Of a stretch of DNA of 64,000 nucleotides, positions 13,148-25,981 are shown one piece after another. The stretch's first letter is position 1, and every line of letters begins with the position of its first letter. Made by a program: the position numbers and the translations under genes. The notes below the pieces were generated by a model. That model was not told the origin of the DNA. It saw only the letters and a list, made by a program, of their open reading frames with translations, and searched no databases. This DNA comes from Dipteris shenzhenensis. Lineage: Eukaryota. The stretch lies in assembly GCA_047967505.1 (NCBI GenBank), contig CM106538.1. One strand, given 5' to 3'.

Positions 13148-15505
13148 GTGACTTCAATGCGCGCACAGGGAATAGGCAGGTGGGCCTACTGGACTTTGCA
13201 TCGGATTCCCTCATAGTACCAAAACTAGATGCAACTCAGCTCGGGATAGTGAGACATTCTCCAAATGCACCACAGGTGAAAGAGTATGGACGACATCTAC
13301 TTGAGCTAGGGGCTGTTCACGATTTAATCATTTATAATGATCTACAAAGATGGCCATCATTCGATGGTCTCACTTGTTTCCCGCATGACGGAGGAACAAG
13401 CACAGTGGACTACCTCTTGGGTCCCTTGGCCTTTACCTTACAGATATACGACTTCATTGTGCCCCCTCCCCCACTCGGGGCTGATCACTCGTACCTAGCC
13501 TTTTGTATCTCTACCACTATGCCAACCACAGAGGGTCCACCCCGTGCCCACTCGTGTACAAGGTCACTTTGTCGCACCTTGGACCCCATCTATGTGAGCA
13601 ACTTGGAGAAGGGACTTCCAGCCCTACTACTTGGAGATGTTGTAGACCTCGCCCACGCCTCAAACACCCTTTCCACACTAGTCATGGACACAACCATCAG
13701 GTCTTTCCCCATGACTCAATCTGCACGTGCCTCACTAGGGAAGATGCCACAGAATCCCTAGTATGATGATGAGTGACAGGAGGTCTTGGCTCCAGTACTA
13801 GCACAGATGTTCAACCATGCCTTATGTCACGGCTTCCCACCCTCATGGAGTACCACCACCATAGTACCAATACACAAGGCAAGCGACCCCATGGATACTG
13901 GGAACTATCGCACTCTCATGATTGGCCACACGCTGGCCAAGATCTATGGATCAACACTGGAGAGGGAGATCGGCAGCCATATAGAGGCACATGGGCCACG
14001 TGCTCTAGGGCAAGCAAGCTTTCGGAGACAACACTCCACCCTAGACCACATCTTCACCTTGAGGGCTATCATTGAGGAGGCGAGGTCGAGACGCCATAAA
14101 GTCTACGCTTGTTTTGTAGACTTTCCAAAGGCCTTCGACACATTTCCATGATCCCACATGATCAAGAGACTACAGGATATGCAGATTCCAAAGGTTCTAA
14201 TTTAGGGAGTGGTGAGCCTATACGAGTTCGTTAAAGGAAGAGTTCGTGCCCCAGGAGGCCTATCAAACTAGATTGAGAGAACGATTGGAGTAAAGCAGGG
14301 GTGCCCTCTCTCACCGACTCTCTTCGGGCTCTACATTGATGAGATTACATCTTTCATAGACCGCCTAGCAGGCGAGGGAGCACCACTAGCGAAGTTGATG
14401 ATACAGATTCTACTATATGCAAATGGCATAGTCCTCCTGTCATCTTCGGCAGAGGGACTACAGAGACATCTAGATGCCCTAGAGGTGTTCTGCAGAGAGA
14501 GAAACCTGATGGTTAACCTTGGGAAGACCGAGGTCATGATCTTCAACACCTCCTACACAGTGCTTCACTGACGTAGCTTTACATGCCAGAGTCAGCCATT
14601 GAAGATTGTGTAGTCCTACACATACTTGGGTGCAGTTTTCACAGAGCCAGTTTTCACGATGACCCACACAGTCAGAGCACGACTCACACGAGGGCATGGT
14701 GCCTTGGCCCAACTAGAGTGACAGTGCTTCCAGGCGCACTTCCAAGATCCATCGACAAAGTGTTGGCTTTTCGACACTCTAGTGAGGCCGACCACCATGT
14801 ATGCGACACCGTTTTGGGGGGTGATATTTCAGCAGCAGAGTGGATCGAGTGGCTACAGGTGATTATGGGCTCCAGGATGATTCAAAGTAAGCCCTCGGTC
14901 CCCCATCAGATAGTACAGGCAACGTTTGCCATGACCCCTCTCCAAGTTGATGCCAACTTTCAAACAGTGACTTTCCTCCACAGAGTTTGGGACCTACCTC
15001 GTGAGAGACTTCTGAGACTGGCACTAGAGTCCTCCATACGACTATAAAGTGGGGCAGGTACAGCATGGTTTGCACACATCACTGCATGGTTCGCCAGTCA
15101 CAAGATTCAGATGGGGATCGGCTTCCCCCGTTTCAGTATAGCATGGATGCACCGCCTGAGTCGGTCCCACGAGATGAGATTAACCACATCATACGGTTAG
15201 ATCTCCTCCAACTCCACACATCTCGCACTTGGGGGGGAGAGGGGACCAGGAGTTCTCCACCAAGACCAAGCTCTACTATGACCACTTTCTGAGAGTATCG
15301 AAAGACGGGCTCATATTAGACCTCAGTATCTCAAGGACAAAGGAGTCTCACACGCACTGAGGATTGCCATCAGACAGATGCAGGTCTCATCCCCTCAGCT
15401 GAGGATCGAGACAGGGAGAGCTGCATGCATACCCAGAGAGCAGCGGTCTTGCAGGTTGTACGATGGGGGTGGTCAAGACAGAGGAGCACTTTTTGTGTGT
15501 CTACC
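13148..15505 (+). pseudogene. LINE ORF2 continuation (APE C-terminal half, RT, C-terminal domain)
   Basis: Resumes with GDFNARTG after the TSD. ORFs 13180-13761 and 13786-14151 (NYRTLMIG, FVDFPKAFD). Confidence 0.9.
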
Positions 15506-16692
15506 TGTTGGAATGGTCACCTCCCCATCTGTAAGCCCCCATATGAGGAGAGCGTGGGGGAGGGAGACCTAGGGCAGGATGTGCCCCAAAAGAAGAGAGG
15601 CACCCTACCTGGCTGATCTGCAGGAGCATAAGGCGGAGCAGAGGACAGCAGTAGGGACGCAAGAGAAGAGACCACGGATGACGTCAGCAACAGTATGGAA
15701 TAGTACAGAGCTGAGGCGCACACATGGCAGATCAAGAGAACAGGGTAAACAGGCGCTGACATGGCAGGTCAGAAGCGCAGGTGTACGGGGCTGCATGGGG
15801 CCTGGTAGAGCAGCAAATGGGGCTGCCAGTGGACAGTGGCATGCCTTATATAGGCTGGGCCCCTGCCTTGATTGGAGGGCCACAAGCCCTAAAAGTGTGG
15901 GCCATAAAGGCCTAGTTTTGTGAGCCCTTAAAGGGCTGGTTGGGCTGAGCCAACCAGGTCGGTTGGGCCAGCCAACCTGGTCTGTCCAGTCGGCCCAGAT
16001 TGGAACAGACTGGTCGGGTTTTTGACAGGCCCCTAGGCCTATAAAAGGAGGGGCTTCATGCCCCATTATTCATCCAGCAACCAGCAGTTCCAGGAGGCAG
16101 AAAGGAGCAGCAGGAAGCCACCCTCTGGACCTATATTCAGGAGGTGAGAGGGTGCTTGAAGGGCTGCAGACTTGGCCAGGAAGGGCTGGACCTTGGCCGT
16201 CTTCTAGGGCAGCAAGGTGCTGAGATCATCTTCTGGAGCAGCCATTCACAAGCAGCAGTGGAACAGGGACCTGTGTGCTGCAGACAAAGCTTGGCAGGGG
16301 CTGCCCACCTAGGCTGATTCACAGGCAGTAAGGTGGAGAAGAACACACTGGACAAAAAGTCTACAGACGCTCGAGGTGGAGCACGCGGACTCGAGTCTAG
16401 AGATAACCAGCAGATAGGAGAAGGACCTTGTGGTAAGATCAGAGGACCACACCATTGGTGGGACTCTGGATCTATCTCTCTTGTATTGTGTCCATAGTTT
16501 TGGACGGAAATATATATTTTGGTGGTTTCTCTATCTGGCTGGTTCATTGTCTATTGATGAGTCTGCACACCTATTTTATGCCCATAAGTTAAGAAGTTTG
16601 TGATTCCACACCCCACACGCACACTGTGTGAGCTCCTGGGCATTACTATAAGTCTTCCGCTGCGTGTACCCTCTGTTGGGTATTTTCTAAAA
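15506..16692 (+). mobile_element. Solo LTR (~1.19 kb) with CTACC target-site duplication
   Basis: Starts TGTTGG; CTACC flanks at 15501-15505 and 16693-16697. Removing it restores LINE sequence colinear with the paralog near 17710-17770. TATA-like CCTATAAAAGG near 16038. Confidence 0.85.
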
Positions 16693-17522
16693 CTACCCAG
16701 CCTACAATGAGATCCGAGGGCGCTACCACTCCCTTTTTCAAAAGGGATACGGCTTTGGCCCACTCTCACAACTGATCCACTTCTAGGACCAGGTCTGCAT
16801 TGGGCTCTACCTGATGGAGATGCGACGACACAGGGAGATACTACTACGACATATCAGAGAGCTGGAGGATGGGACTACCGCACCACAGGGTATCGAGGTA
16901 GACCGAGCGCAGAGACAAGTCACGGATTTCTATGCATTTGACTCGGCCCCAGGGCACTCTAGGATAAAAGCAGAGGAGCTAGTCGACATGAGAGATTTAT
17001 GGATCAGTGAAGGTAGCCGACACGGCACTGCCGGACGAGGGGCACAAAGACCATGCATAGCGCGACAGGCGACCAGAGCACACACGATTGAGGTTCGACC
17101 TATTTCCACTCTCCTTAGGGGAGATTGACCAAGGCAAGGCATCACCCTTGACATAGCTCATCGGATCCCAAGATCGAGGAGACCACGTCCTCCACCACCA
17201 CGGGAGACATCCCAACAGATGCAGATACGTGAGCTCTTTGCATCTCATCAGAGAGCCATCATGGAGCCTGGATACGTAGAGCCGGTCCACGCACTTGGGA
17301 CTCTAGCTCTGAGCACTTGATATCTTCATGTCACTCTCATTTTGCATTGTGCTACTTTGCTATTTTGTACTAGTATAGCATTTTAGTACTCAGCAAGGGC
17401 CTTAGTGAGCCCTTTGCCCCAGCCCATAATGGTTTGTACGAGTTACTTGATTCCATACTTTGTCCCATAGTCCCGCGAGGCCTCCCATGGACGTTAATAT
17501 ATCTTTCTTTCTTTCTCTCTCT

Positions 17523-18525
17523 CGGGCTTGGAAGCGAGATCAGGAGCTCCCCACCAAGACCCAGTTCTACCGTGACCATTTCTTGAGAGTCTCAAAGGAG
17601 GAATTCATCATCAGACCCCAATATCTAGAGGATAGAGAAGTCTCACACACACTGAGGATCGCCATTGGGCACCTACATGCTATGCACGCTAGGAGAGATT
17701 GAGACATAGGAGCACTTTCTCTACGTCTACCCAACCTACTACGCGATCCGAGGGCGATACCACTGTCTCTATCAGGATGGGAGTGGGTTCGGCCCACTGT
17801 CGCAACTAATCCACTTCCATGACTAGATCTGCATTGGGCTTTATCTGCTTGAGATGCGCCGACACAAGAAGACCCTGCTACGACAAATCAGGGAGCATCA
17901 AGAGGGGACCAAACCACAGGATACAGAGACTGACCAGACACAACAGCATGTCACAGATTTCTATGCATTTGAGTCAACTCCAGGACACAGTGAGGTGGAG
18001 AAGGAGGAGCTAGCTGATATGCGAGCAGTATGGATTGCCAAGAGAGGATTGCAAAGGTGACCCATGACACAAAGAATGACCAAAGCACACTCGATTGAGG
18101 TCCCCTATCACAACTTTCCTCAGAGGAGACCACCTGAGACGAGGGGTCACTCTGAACATGGCTCTGCAGGTTTAAAAATCGAGGCCACGTCCCCCTCCGC
18201 CACCACAGCGTGAGACGGCCAGACAGATGCATATCCGAGGCATTTTCGCCGCCCACAGAGGAGACACCACAATGCCGGATTTTGAATTTTGAGTTCTAGT
18301 CCCAATTCCCTACTTTCAAACAGTACATGATATGACATGACATGATATGATATGATACAACATGTTTTATATTTGATTTTTCTTGAGCTATCGAGCTCTT
18401 TATTTCAGTATAGTACTCAACAAGGGCTTTAGCGTGCCCTTTGCTCCAGTCCCTTGTGGCTTGTTTTCTTTCCCTTTTGGTGTTTTTCGCACTTTGTCCC
18501 ATAGGCCCGTAAGGCTTTTCCGCGG

Positions 18526-18561
<36 letters not shown>

Positions 18562-18582
18562 TTATCCATCTATCTATCTATC
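17523..18582 (+). mobile_element. 5'-truncated copy of the same LINE family with (CT)n/(ATCT)n tail
   Basis: Colinear with about 15226-15505 plus 16698-17522; shares the 3' hairpin motif at 18500-18528. Confidence 0.8.
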
Positions 18583-18905
18583 ATTACCTCCAACAACATA
18601 GAGGAGATGCGCCAACATGGGAAACCCTGCTACAACAGATCGGAGAGCAGCAGGAGATGACCAGACTACAGGATACAAAGGCTGACCAAACACAGCGGCA
18701 TGTCACAAATTTATGTGCATTTGAGTCAGCTCCAAGGCACAGGGTGGAGGAAAAGCAGCTAGCTGATATGCGGGCAGTATGAATTGCCGAGAGAGGATTA
18801 TAGAGGGCACCCACAACACGGAGAGCGACCAGAGCACACTTCATTGAGGTTCGACCTATCACAGCTTTCCTCAGAGGAGACCGCCTGAGACGCGGGGTCA
18901 CTCCG
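18583..18905 (+). mobile_element. Third truncated LINE-family fragment, cut by an LTR at 18906
   Basis: Homologous to about 16815-17140 and 17850-18150 (TTTGAGTC..CTCCAGG, ATTGAGGTTCGACCTAT). Confidence 0.75.
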
Positions 18906-21900
18906 TGTAGGAACAAGAATGGAGATGATCGTGAACACAAGAGAACAAGATGTGAACACAAGTGAACTCCAACTAAAATGTTCAACCAAATGATGTACAA
19001 GTACTTGGTATATATAGTCCAAGTACTCGAACACACTAAAACTCCAAAATAGACTAAGTCCTAGTCTATCCTACACCATATCACTATATATATCTCTATA
19101 AATCCTTCCTCAATGATATGGATGAAGTACTCTAGAATGATCTCAGAACTACTTGAAGTACCTAAAGTACCATGGTTGCACAAATTCATCCACATGTGGA
19201 TATAGCAACCTATGGGAGTACAAAAGAATACAACAAGAATGGAAATGGATTGTGAACACAAGAGAACAAGAAGTGAACACAATTGAACTTCAACTGAAAT
19301 GTTCAACCAAATGAAGTACAAGTACTTTGTATGTATAGTCCAAATACTAGAACACGCTAAAACTCCAAAATAGACTAAGCCCTAGTCTATCCTACAGCAC
19401 CATATCATTCTATATATCTCTACAAATTCCCCCTCAATGATCTGGCTGAAGTACTTTGGAATGATCTCAAAAGTACATGAAGTACCTTGGTTGCATAAAT
19501 TCATCCACATGTGGATATAGCAACCTATGGGAGTACAAAAGAAAACAATGTCATTTTACAACCCCCCTTGACATTGTTTGAATGTCTCGTATTCCCAAGC
19601 CATGTCGATATCGTGTGAAGAGAGGCACTGACACGCTTTTAGTGAAGATATATGTCACATTGTCCTCACTGGAACGATATGTGAGATCAATGAAGCCATC
19701 TATGATACAATCCCGCACATAATGATAGTGGTTTTCAATGTGTTTCATGCGAGCATTAAATACATGATTATTCCCAATAGCAATGCAACTCTAGCTGTCA
19801 CAAAAGATCGGAGTTGCGTTACCATCCTGAGCATGATGCAAGTTATGCAGAAGCTTCCTTAACCACATACATTTCATAGTGGCTGAATTTGCAGCTTTGT
19901 ACTATGCTTCACTGGAGGAGAGAGACACGTGGTCTTGCTTTTTACTGAGCCATGAGATGCATGCTGAGCCCAATGAGAAGCAATAGCCGGAAGTGGACCT
20001 GTGATCATCGATGTCCCCTAACCAATCTAAGTCGGTAAAGCCACTCAGAAAAATGTCAGCATCTGGAGCATAATGCAGCCCATAGGAAAGTGTACACTGT
20101 ACATATTTGAGAACAGTCTTCACTGCATTCCAATGCGTGACTGTGGGACAATGCATGAACTGGCTAAGAAGACCCCTCAACATGCAGCAACCCTGCTGAA
20201 ACCTGAGACGTGGAAGGAACATCAATTGGAGAGCCCAAGTCAATTGAAGCACCCAAATCAGCACCATCCTCAAACTGAACAATATCCAGAGGTGTATCAT
20301 CATATGGGGGCAAATCCTCATTGATGGGCTGCATGTTGTTATATTCAGCAAGCAAGACATCCCTGCTTATGATTACTTTCCTTGTGGATGGATCATAAAG
20401 CCTAAAGCCTCGACTTTCAGTGCCATACCCCACAAAGATGCATGGACCGATTCTGAGCTGGTACCAAAGCATATGCAATAGCCCCAAACACTCTGAAATG
20501 ATTCACCTTGGGCTTGTACCCATAAAATGCCTCAAAAGGCGTCCTATCAACCAATGCTTTTGTAGGACATTGATTCTGAATATATGTGGCTGTAACTATT
20601 GCTTCACCCCAAAATGCTTTTGAAATTTTCTTAAATTTCAGCGTGCACCGTGTCATCTCCAAGAGAATCATGTTCTTCCTCTCTGCAATCGGATTATGCT
20701 GAGGGGTGTGTGGTTCAGTTTTGTGATGCCTTATGCCATGTTCCTTCAGGTATCCCTCAAAAGCATGTAAGTATACTCTCACCCATTGTCAAAATTAAGT
20801 GTTCCAATTCTAGAATTGGTTTGGTTTTCAGCCAATGCTTTGAACTCCTTAAACCAATTAAACACTTCAGATTTGCTTTCCGTGAGAAAGAGCCAAGTGA
20901 ACCTGGAGTAATCATCAATGAATGTGACAAAATACCAATACCCTCTATGGGTTGTGACATTCATTGGTCCACAAACATCACCATGCACAATGTGCAAAAC
21001 CCTTTGTGCTCTTATTGAACCTGGACCACCATCCTTTTGGAACGGTAGGCAATGCAACGTTCCAAGAGCACACCCTTCACACACCTCATGGGCTGGTTGC
21101 TGCAATTTTGGCAAACCTTCAACCATATTATGATCATACATGTATGCCAATGCTCTATGATGTGCATGACCAAACCTGGCATGCCATAAATCACTTGGGA
21201 GGAGCATAAGAGACAGCCATAGCATGCTGAATATAGGACTGAGCATCAAGCTTATAGAGCCCCTAGCTTGCCTCATCAGTGCATGTAGCCACAATTTCAT
21301 ACCCTTTTCGTGAATCCTTGATCCTGCATTGATCATCCTGAAATTCCACGAGCATGTGCTGATCATGGACAATGGACGGAACTAAATAAGATTCTTTTTC
21401 AAGTCAAGAGCATACCAAACTTCACGGATATATTTTTCTTTCCTGAATCCAGAAGGATGGGAATATGTCCCACTCCTGTGATGTCCTGGAATGCATCATT
21501 GGCACAAGTAATGTGTCTGCCGTAAACAGTTTTGATTTCTTCAAGCCACTCTTTCCTATGAGTTATGTGCTTTGATGCACCACTATCTAGATACCAAGTA
21601 TCTATGGCAAGAAGCATGAGAGGCATCATATGCAACTGAATCCCCCCTAACACCTAAACTGTCCTGAACTGCAGTAAATACAAAATCTCTTCCCTCTTCT
21701 GCAAAATTTGCATGGAATGGTGGAGCATTTATACTCTCAGTTGGTGCAACATAATTACTGCTTGTGCCTAGCCTCTTTTTCTCATTGGTAATCTGTAATT
21801 ACCAGGTTTCTTGCAATAGTTACATTTACCCTTCTTCACCTTTGCACCTTTGTCTGCATTCCCTACATTTGTGTTTGCATTCCCCTCCTTCCTGGGCTGA

Positions 21901-22200
21901 TAAGCATAAGCATGGCTGGTCTTTTTCTGAAATTTACCCTTTCCATGAGTGGCAAGTGCTTGCTCACTCTGACTACAGGAACAGGCTGAATTAGAAGTCC
22001 TCATTTCTTCCTGTAAAAGCAAACCAACTAACTCCGCAAAAGTGAGTGGAGCAGCACTGAGCATAATGGTCAAGGAAGTAACAAACATATCATATGAGGG
22101 AGCCAGACTATTGAGGGTGATAGAGACCTATTTCTTGTCTTCCATATCCTCATCAATAGCTGCTAGCTCATCCCAATGATAGTAATCTTTGCAATATGCG
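18906..22200 (-). mobile_element. Ty1/copia remnant C (3' LTR 18906-19560; most of RT deleted; no 5' LTR found)
   Basis: TGTA...TACA-bounded LTR next to a PPT (ACCCCCCTTG at 19561). RNase H (FTDLDWLGD), integrase (HGDVCGP, FIDDYSR), protease (WYLDSGAS) and gag (ELVGLLLQEE, CNYCKK) remnants. Confidence 0.88.
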
Positions 22201-25200
22201 TTGAAATGGCGCATAGACAGGTATGGTGGCTAGCAATGATGTCCATTCTTTATGGGTTGTGTAGTGGTTAGCTACGATGCCTTGGTGTAGGCAATTTGCC
22301 CATGAGTTATCCTAGCAGGCGAAATGATGGGCACATCGGCATTTCAGTATAACGACGCACTACAGCTATGATGGAGATCCGTAGTCTGCAACAAGCTATG
22401 GTATCACGGATGCGATATGGTGGCAGAGGCAGTTGTTGTGAGCTTGAGAGTTGGTTGGCTAGTCTAGGCATCATGATGGGCTTTTGCAAAACTATGGTAA
22501 GATACATGACGATAAGCTGAAGCATCCAGGTGGGCAAGCGTAGTATATGGTGATGAAGAGTTGATGAAGTATGGAAACATTGTGGATGAGTTAGCCACAG
22601 CGATGGCAAGAGTGTCCAGCAGCAAGAAGGCCTAGCGTATGGAAGGCTGAAAAGGCGTAGCATGAAGATGGAAAGGAAGAAGCACAACGACAGAAGCTTT
22701 GGCTTTTACGTTATTATTGGCCATTGGCGATGTTGTGTGCTGCCCACATGGCAGCCCATGTGGCAGCCCCATTCTCTGTCCAGTGGCAGACTGTCCATGC
22801 CTAGGTCTACCTCCCCCACGCTCTCCTCATTTGGGAGCTCACAGATGGGAAGGTGACCATTCCAAAAGGGGGGACTCTCTGAAGACTACTTTTTGAAGTT
22901 TTCAAGATGGCAGCCATAAAAGGGGAGGGAGGAACCCTAAGATGCGCTGAAGTAAAGATCCACCTAGTACTATCCAGCCAATCCCCTCCTGCGGAAGGAG
23001 AGCATGACTGTATGCAACGAATGAAAAAATCTTCCTAATCGTCCTATCCTGGAAAAAGCCCCTAACCACAACCTGCAAAGCAAGGCCCTGCACTGGAGGG
23101 AAAACCTGGTTGCTGCCTAATAGCCTGTTCACGCGGGAGGGCTGGTTTGCAAACCACCCTGTCCCTGACTGGTTTGCTGCTTGAGCCCCTCTTCTTAAGT
23201 AGGGGCCAGCATAAAAACCAGGTTTTCCCTCCAAATGAACCCAAATTCAAATTCTTGGTTTGCAACTCCCCCTTCCCGTGAACATGCTCTAAGCAACTGC
23301 TCTGGAGTAGGGGCCAGCAGAAAAACGTGGTTGCTGGTCAGCCTTGACAGGAACAGGGTGGTTTGCAAACCACCCCTCCCATGTAACGGGTTCTAAGTGG
23401 GACCAAAAAGGAAGAATCCACCTGCCACGTGCCAAGTCAGCGTCGCCGGGGAGTCCCTTTCATATAAATAGAGGCCCTTAGGTCGTTGCCTAACATTCCA
23501 CAGAAGCCTGTTCTTTACATCTCTAGGTCCGAGACTCAGTGCTCTTGTGAGATAGTCTTGTGCACACGTGTCGCTGAAATTGAGATATGCGCTAGTGATT
23601 TGATGCTCAGCTATTAAAATTTGAACAGGGAATTCAGGTTCCGTCAGATCGATCAATTCAGCTTGAAAAGGATGTAACTAAGTAATGACAGCCTTGCCAA
23701 TCGTGTGTACCGTGTATGGGCTGGGGGTTTGTGCGGTTTGAACTCAAATAGTAGTACGCCTATTCTCAAGTGGCATTGAGTCAAAACAGGCCACATTTCA
23801 TAAGAGGCAGGCAACTTGGTGAATTAAGCAGCTTTTACAACACGTTAGGGAGATACTAAACTCTTTTCAACACGGCTATCGTCGTGCTATTGAAGAACAT
23901 TACCAGCGTGCTATTGAAGAACATTACCAGCCACAGAGGAATGCAAGAATGGCACTCCCGCTTCGGAATCTTCGTGTACAGATTCAAGATGCGTCTTTCC
24001 GAACTGCCCCAAAGAAATGCATCGATTTCCTACATAAAGAATATGTAACTGTTAAAAGAAGAACGTAAGAATAAAACCAACGACAATCTTGCTAGTATCT
24101 AGCCCATTAAAAGTCAGCGAAGGCTGATGTACAAATGAGTGACAGAGAGCGGAAAGGGGCGTACATGAACGGGGAAGATCTAGCGGATTTCGTAACAACC
24201 ACTGACTCTCCGGAAGCTTTACCATCGTTGCAGTAAAATAACACTCGACTGTATCGTCACCGAAAAATGCAATGCAAGGAGACTGGTAATATTTTAAGCG
24301 CATGAAATGGATACCAAAAATTACGAACAGTTGAAAATAAAGTAGATCGTATTTTCATACAAACGGAGACAAAGTCTACTGCTTGGCCGAGCAAGAGACA
24401 GCCTGCATTCTGTGCTGGTCAAACGGCAGAGTGCTAGGAGGCGGGCTAAGAAGATACAAAATTACAAGAGCTGAAGGCATCCTACGAGAAGGCATGGAGT
24501 GCGTACCAGGGGAAGAAGAGGTGGGATTGCGTGGCTGAAGTTGGGAAGGCAGAGACAAACTTGTCATGTCGGAAAAGAGTTACTTGCAGCGACGGAAAAA
24601 GCGAGAGCATTCATCATCAGTGAGCAGCACTCAACTACTTTTCCGTACAAGTTAATTTTTCGCTTTGATTGGAGCTTAGCTTATCCAATGAATTTCTTGT
24701 AGAGTGAGTGAGCAGTGTGGGAGTTGCAGCGGCGATTCACGAAGCAGATGCATGTTTGAAGAGAGTTGTAAACACGTTTCGGACGTCATGTAGTACCTTC
24801 CCTTAGTTAGTAAAATTGATTCCTTCCTTACGAGCATGACTAGACAAGGACCTTCATGAAGTTCCCTTTAATTTCAAGGAGTAAATTTTAGGTTTTATTT
24901 CAACTCTTACAAAGAAAAATCAAGCAAATGCATCATTTTTGAAACATTGCATTCTATGTTGGCTAAACAAAATGGCTGGGCATCTTGTGCTTGCCCTTTC
25001 CACTCAGATATTGATTTTGAAGAGAGCCCACTCATCCTTTCCCCACTCATCCATTCCTCACTAGCCCAAAATGAAGGTGTCATTGGTGATCTACTTGCCC
25101 GCATCCAAGAGAATAGATGTTAATTGTGAAGTGGTGCAAGCCATTAATGGTCTCTATTACATAGCTCAAGAAGGATGCTACCATCCCTATTTTCATCCCA

Positions 25201-25335
25201 ATAAACCCCCCTGTCACAACTACCTGCCCCTCCTCCTTCTCTCCTCCTCCTCCTCCTCTTGCTCCTCTCTTCCACGAATGGTGGCCACCACCTTGCATAG
25301 CGATCAAGAGGCATGTTTCTCTCTTAATAGTTAAA

Positions 25336-25981
25336 TGACCTAGTTCTTCAACGAAAAACATGGCACTTTCCTGAGTCCATGTGGAAAACTTCCGCCACCA
25401 AAACGGGCCCCAAAATGGCCTTGAATGCATCATATACTGCCCTCTCGCACTGCAAAGGGCGTCCCAATCTGAGACAGTGCACTCTTGCACTTTTCAGCCG
25501 TGCTACCTGCAAAGATTTGCTCCCAAACTCAAAAAAGGAAAGCAACACTAATCCTCTTACCAAGACACCGTGAACTTGGTTTGCTTCCTTGAGCTTCTTA
25601 CCATGAACCGAGCTCTGATACCATGTGAAGAGAGTGTAAGAGAAGTAAGGAGTCTCACTTGTAGCTTTCTCACATACACAAAGGGGGAATACACTCAAAG
25701 GTGGAGGCTGAAAACAATTTTCCTCTTCTTAGTTGTGTAAGCCAAAAGAACTCTCTCTTAGTACAAAAGGAATAGGTGAACCCTATATGTGGGTCTCAAA
25801 CCAAACTCAGCTAACCTAGGTGGCATGCTAACTGAGCCACTAACTAGAGTACATAAAGATAGTTGTCATCCAGCTATTATTCATGGGCGGTGTACCAACT
25901 GCATCTGCAGCTAACAAGTCGGTGACATAAATGCGCAACGGTCACCCTGGCATATCACGAGCGGAGCTCGATATCTCAACA
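25336..25981 (-). mobile_element. copia D-family 5' LTR (25624-25981) plus PBS and leader fragment
   Basis: LTR TGTTGAG...CTTCACA on the minus strand followed by TGGTATCAGAGC. Inverted homolog of 28958-29610. Confidence 0.85.

Larger units (their letters stand above)
5294..17522 (+). mobile_element. Two-ORF non-LTR retrotransposon (LINE), degenerate, with nested copia (7798-13147) and solo LTR (15506-16692)
   Basis: ORF1-like coiled coil, APE endonuclease motifs (WNCNG, GSGGVAIL, LLGD|FNARTG, STVDYLL, ADHS), RT (FVDFPKAFD, GVKQGCPLSP, degenerate YADD = YANG), C-terminal LRIETGR...EHF region, and a CT-rich tail. The 5' boundary is approximate. Confidence 0.88.

Noticed and set aside
23400-24830. 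Conserved miRNA precursor
   Set aside because: I saw no conserved plant miRNA sequence or long foldback by eye.
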